Assembly: GCA_905178155.1 (NCBI GenBank)
Contig: CAJINV010000001.1
Span: 13,656,664 to 13,720,663, forward strand
DNA length: 64,000 nucleotides
DNA from: Amoebophrya sp. A120
Taxonomy: Eukaryota > Protista > Dinoflagellata
Direction: 5' to 3'
The position numbers were made by a program, and so were the translations under genes. Within the stretch, counting starts at the first letter, position 1. Every line of letters starts with the position of its first letter. Positions 58,783-64,000 of this stretch are shown here, in pieces. The notes beneath the pieces were generated by a model. It was not told the DNA's origin and did no database searches. It worked only from the letters and a program-made list of their open reading frames with translations.

Positions 58783-61700
58783 ATGCCGATTCCAATTCCG
58801 CCGTTGCGTGCAACCACGGTGGATGCGGACGTGGAGCAGATGTTTTTCACCGTCCGCCGCGGCATCATCGCGTCGGCCGTGCGCGGCCAGCACGAGAAGC
58901 GGATGTGGCCCTCGGACAAGGAGCACACCTGGTGCGCAACAGCAGAAAAGTGGGAGCGGGAACTTTTCAATCGGTACCCCCACTGGTCACAGCAACTACC
59001 GGAAAAAACATCCGGGCGTCGACCGAAGACGAGGCCCGGGGGAAGAAGTCCCGTCGGAGGGGCTAATTTTGAACTGCAAATGGGGAGAACGAATTTTGTC
59101 GAGCCGGAGAGCTCAATATCGAGCCGCAGTCCGTCACCCGAAAGTAGCAGCATGGACGCGCTGTCACGAACCGTTGCACAGCGGCGGCCGGACGACCATG
59201 CGGGGTTCGACGCGCTTTCGCGAACGGTGGCAGCTCCGGATAGTGAGGAGGGTGCGGACCACGACCTTTTAGGCCGCACGGTCGGTGCAGCGCATGACGA
59301 GGTGGACCAAAGAGGTTCGTATGAAGGAGTCGATCTGCTATCCCGAACAACAGCCGCGTTCTCACGTTCTCCTTCGAAAAAGGCGGGCTGGATTGAAGCG
59401 GCGCGTAAGTTTTCGAAAGCTTCCGCCGGCGCGGTTCTGACGAGAGCTTCGGACGAAAATGCCGCACCACTGTCAGTGGAGGAAACCATGCTGAGTCAAA
59501 ACATTTTGGAAGAGATTTCGGCAAAGAAGAAGAAGAAGGCCGGGCAAGTAGAAGATTCCGAGAGGGGGCAAGTCCCAGCACCCGGAGCCCCTCCCGCTTC
59601 CCCACCGGAGACCCCGGCGGCTAGGAGAAAGCGGGAGCGCGACAAGGACATTCTCTTCCCGAATTCCGGCGGCGGCTCTTCGCTGTTTGCCGATTTCGGG
59701 TACTTAATTCACGTACATTTGGAGACGCAAAGGCGGTACGAAGAGGCGGAGCTTGCGCGGAAGGTCGAGCTGGGAGGTAGACTGCAAGCGGAGCGTGCTT
59801 TAAAAGCGAAGGTGGTCCTGCTCGACCAGACGGAGTCCCTCCGGAGCGAGTACCAGTCGAAATTCAAGCGCGCGAACTTTTTCCTTTGCAAGGAGCGGTT
59901 CATCCGGTTCTGGATGTCCAGCGAGTTTCTCAAGCTGCAGGAGCGGTTTGAGGAACTGCAGCGGAAGTACCAGAAAGCCGAAGTGATGATCCGGGAGAAA
60001 AAACTGCTTGTCGACCAAGTGGTGAAGAAGAATTCCAGTATCACCGAAGAGAACAAGCAGATGTACGAGGAGTACGTGAAGATGCGCATCGTGCGGGACA
60101 AACAAACCCAAACGGAAGTTTTGCCCGCTTCGGGCGCCGAACTGGAGCCGTTGCGCCGGCGGCCCAGTACCGCAATGGGGAACCGCGGGTTTGGGAGTGT
60201 CAGTCCCGGCAAACGACCGTCGACAAGCGGAGCCGCTGGTGGAGTAGAAGGAGCAACGCCTTCGACTAGTAGTAGACCGGCCTCCAGTATCCACAGAAAA
60301 AAACCCATCCACATCCATTTTTTGCATGACAAACACAGGATTTTATACGTGTTTTGCATGACAAATTGGATGGGGATGGGTGTTTTTTCCTGGATATCCA
60401 GCTTGACCCAAGCGGATATGGTGCACTTTACGTGCAAGATTCTGTTCAGCTTCGTCCGGGACAACAATCTGGCGATGATCAAGGAGAGTTTGCAGTACTT
60501 GAAGGATGTCAACGTTCGCGATCGTTTTGGCGACTCGCTCCTCACCACGTGTTGTAAGTGCAATCAACCCGACCTCCTCCGGTACTTTCTGGCGATTCCG
60601 GAAAAGTGGGGCGGGGCTTTGTCGTTGAAGAAGGAAATCAACGACGGCGCCATTCTGTCCTTCGCGGCGCAGGCAAACTTCGCCTCGGACGTGGTGCAAA
60701 AGCTGCTCAATGCGAACGCAGACCCAAATCACAAGTTTTGGGTAACAACTTCCGCGTCGAGTAAGTCCGCGGATCCCGCGAGCAAGGCGAAGTCGCTCGA
60801 GGCACCCTTGGTGTACGCAGTGGCGAACAACAGCGAGAAGGTGGTGAAATTGCTGCTGATATCCGCCGCGAATCCGAACTTGTACTCCCAGATATTTAAT
60901 TAGCGGCCCTTTCATAAGTCCGGACCTTTCACCTCTTGTCACATACCCAACGCTGAAGAAAAAAAAAAGAACTTTAAATAGGTCGGAACGTGGCCAGGAG
61001 CTGCGTCTGCAGCTACTCGCTCTTGTGCAGCAGGCGCGCTTCCTTTAGTTCCGTACAATAAAAGAAGCAAGAGGCTTGTTTACAAGGAGCCTACGCTTTA
61101 TCAGTGGCGTAGGCTTCTGAAGCAGCTTGCACAGGGAAATAACGTGATGGAAGAAGTAGAAACAGCCAGCCAAAGAAAGCTCTCGACAGCTCGGAAACTT
61201 TAGTCCCCGTCGGCTGCCACCCAATGCAGTGCGCCGGGCGGCTTTGGTGTTTGTGTTTCCGTATAATAAACCACGCAAGTGCGTTGCGCATTTGCGACGC
61301 CTGTTCCTTTGTCTATCGGCGCCGCATCTGCAACACCTTGCACAGTGTAGGCATCAGGAATACACAAACACGACAAAACAAGAAAACTGATAGTCCGCAC
61401 ATTTCTACAGGTTGTGACTGTGTAGGCGCGCGCAGTGTAGTAACTAAGCGGGCAGCTCTCGTTCTGGACCTGGATGCGCCACGCTGCGCTGTACTGACTA
61501 AATACTCAGGTGAGCGCTTCGGAGTGCTACGCGGGGGCGGCTGCTCTGCGGGGGGACTGCTGGATGGAAGCTTAGGAGAAAAATTTGCGCGGGGAGTATT
61601 GGGGCATGAACTTCGAGTAAGCAGCCCTCTGAAACGCACCAAAGCAGTGCGCGCGTACTTAGACGTAGAAAATAGGTGGGCAAGCGGCGTAGATAGGTTG

Positions 61701-62985
61701 CAATGCTCGGGGGCTCGCACTGTAAGCAAAATAAAAAAAGCCCGGGTAGGAAAAATGCATTTTGCGTTTTTTCCTACCCGGGGTTTTTATTTTCAAAACC
61801 CCGGGTAGGAAATATTTATCCGCTGCTCTGCACGTCTGTGAGGGTGATAACAGCTGATAAATATTTCCTACCCGGGGTTTTGAAAATAAAAACCCCGGGT
61901 AGGAAAAAAATCAAAACTCATATTTCCTACCCGGGCTTTTTATTTTCAAAACCTCGTATAGGCCCTCCGAAATCTGGGCGGCGCGGCAGCGCCGCGAATT
62001 TTTTTTTTTTTGGATCGCGGAGAGCTATGTGAGGTTTTGAAAACCAAAACCTCGTATAGCCCCCTCGAAATTCGGGCGGCGCGGCAGCGCCGCGAAGATT
62101 TTTTTTTTTGGGTTCGCGGAGGGCTATGTGAGGTTTTGAAAGCCAAAACCTCGTATAGCCTCCTCGAAATTTGGGCGGCGCGGCAGCGCCGCGGAGAATT
62201 TTTTTTGGTTCGCGGATAGCTATGCGAGGTTTTGAAAATCAAAACCTCGTATAGCCTTCTCGAAATTTGGGCGGCGTAGCAGCGCCACGAAAAGTATATT
62301 TCCTACCCGGGCCTTTTTTTTTCAAAACCTCGTATAGCCTCTCCGAAATCTGGGCGGCATATTTTTTTTTTGGTTCCCGGATGGCTATGTGAGGTTTTGA
62401 AAACTAAAACCTCGCATAGCCCCCTCTAAATTTGGGCGGCGCGGCAGCGTCGTGAAGAATTTTTTTTGGTTCGCGGAGGGCTATGCGAGGTTTTGGAAGC
62501 CAAAACCTTGGATAGCCCCCTCAAAATTTGGGCGGCGTGGCAGCGCCGCGAAGGAGTTTTTTTATTTTGGTTCGCGGAGCGCTATGTCAGGTTCCGAAAA
62601 CCAAAACCCCACGTAAGCCTCAGGGGGTCGCATCGGGTAAGTCGCGCCAACGCGCGGGCGCAGGGGCTGCAGCGCTGCATTTGGTTTCTACCGTCAGTGG
62701 TGTGGGCCAGAATGTGAAAAGTCATTTGACCTGTGACCTTTATGAAAGGGCCGCTAATTACGTCATGTAGAGTACTCGAAAACCAGTGCGCTTCGCTGGG
62801 CGGTTCGGAGTGACAACGCGCCGATGGTAAACTTGTTGTTGCGGGCCGACGCGGATATCATTTCGGAGGAACGCTTGCTGCTGCAGGAAGCAGATTCTGA
62901 TCGGCTGCGGCAGTTCCTGCGAAACACAATTCGGGCCGAGAAGATACGGCTCGGCCATATCATCGATAATGCTCTGCAGACATAA
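58783..62985 (+). CDS. coiled-coil + ankyrin-repeat protein; exons 58783-60287, 60402-60887, 62778-62985
   Basis: Ankyrin repeats DVNVRDRFGDSLL, ILSFAA..LLNANADPN and PLVYAV..LLLISAANPN. The last exon (not in the ORF track) reads KTSALRWAVRSDNAPMVNLLLRADAD...NALQT*. Confidence 0.8.
60288..60396. mobile_element. short introner-like element, family D
   Basis: TIR TATCCACAGAAAAAAACCCATCCACATCCA / TGGATGGGGATGGGTGTTTTTTCCTGGATA; perfect DR TCCAG. Confidence 0.9.
60888..62771. mobile_element. 1.9-kb inverted-repeat-bounded intervening sequence with a 6-bp DR
   Basis: 21-bp IR TAATTAGCGGCCCTTTCATAA (60897-60917 / 62740-62760); DR GTACTC (60882-60887, 62772-62777); removal continues the ankyrin repeats in frame. 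Confidence 0.8.
61728..62610. repeat. nested palindrome (61728-61946) followed by ~97-bp tandem hairpin repeats
   Basis: CCCGGGTAGGAAA alternates with its complement. Units containing GGGCGGCGCGGCAGCGCCGCG and GGCTATG.GAGGTTTTG..CAAAACCTCGTATAGCC follow, about 6-7 times. Confidence 0.92.
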
Positions 62986-64000
62986 AGCAGTACTCGTATG
63001 CGACTTTGTTCTGCACGTGGCGGCGGGGCGCTGTTTAGATTCAAAGCTGTCCCCGCATCCGCACAAGAACTAGTGATTTTGGTTTAATTACATGTTTCAG
63101 TTTCGCTCAGTATTGAATAACAGCGTCTTGCGTCTGGTGTTTGTCTTCTCGGAAAATGTGTTTCACTAGATCACGTGTGTTCATGCTTGGAGTCCGGAAA
63201 ACGCGGAACACTCTGTCTGTGCTGTCGTGGTCGCTCTGCGTAGTATTGTCGATTCACTTCTTTAAAACCTCTGTGACGCGAAGTAGCTGCGTCAGAAATC
63301 GTTCGTCCGAAAGTCGTCCTACTAGCTGGAAGCTGTTCGGTGTCGGTTTGTCTGTTTAGTGTCGGTTTGTAAAATTGTCGACGTCATCGTCTTGTCAATG
63401 TCAATCAAGACTGGATTTCGGTCTTCGTATTCATCGTCCAACACCGTCTCCTTTCCTGCGTCCCGCGTTCGTATCGTCCACTACGTGCGTTGTATGGTGC
63501 GCATGGATTTGGAGATGAAAACATCCATCGTCACTAGGTGTAGCTTGTGTAGTCTTTCAATTTAGACTGATTTCGTAAATCCTGATCCTCATCCCTGCGC
63601 AGCTCCCTGAATCGTCATTCGCTCTGGTGCATACGAGTAGGAAGTGTATACTTTTAGTAAATCAATCCAAATATTTTTTTACTCTTTTTCTGTGCCGCAT
63701 TTTTGACGTCATAGCCAAGCCAACCAGTTTCTCTACCCTTGAGTTTTGCACTGGCTTGCTGCTTTCTCGATCTTATGTCTTTCTTATGGTGATGGTAAGG
63801 ATAGAAGTACCCAAACTCAATCCCGATTTTTTTTGAGGACTGACGGAAGAACGAAAAGAAACACCCCCATGATGTGCGAATTCGTCTTCATTTTTATTGG
63901 GATCGGCATCGTAACGTGTGGCGCACTAGCCGGCATTGCAGTGGTCATCAGCAATGTTACGGGAGATGACGAAGAACAACAGTACCTTTTTATGTTTGTG

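Noticed and set aside
39669-60942. Many long antisense or alternate-frame ORFs overlapping the ATPase, LAS1, NCL and ankyrin genes
   Set aside because: They are expected shadows of GC3-rich coding sequence and have no motifs of their own.
63011-63031. LHVAAG ankyrin-like hexapeptide after the ankyrin gene
   Set aside because: It is in a different frame from the last exon, downstream of its stop, and no splice link was found.

Overview
This is gene-dense eukaryotic DNA. A syndinian dinoflagellate such as Amoebophrya is my inference from the intron architecture and co-oriented genes; it is not proven. About 12 host genes are present, all on the + strand: a papain-like protein, a CCCH/RS protein, a Methyltransf_22-like protein, an HPR/OPR-like helical-repeat protein, a class I heme peroxidase, a P5 ATPase, LAS1, an NCL Na+/Ca2+ exchanger with EF-hands, an ankyrin protein and several unknowns. 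There are also two degenerate Ty1/copia LTR retrotransposons, two MITE-like elements and two tandem arrays. The dominant signal is a set of nine transposon-like intervening sequences inside coding regions, from at least five sequence families. All begin TAT, end ATA, carry terminal inverted repeats and are flanked by 5-bp direct repeats of unrelated sequence. Removing each element plus one direct repeat gives a continuous reading frame, and in several cases restores conserved motifs. Seven of the nine have no GT-AG register. One family occurs in both orientations. One element has absorbed a whole 7.9-kb LTR retrotransposon that itself carries a MITE, yet still separates the putative catalytic Cys from the His/Asn of a protease-like ORF. 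All splice models were checked by hand for frame only; no expression data are available.
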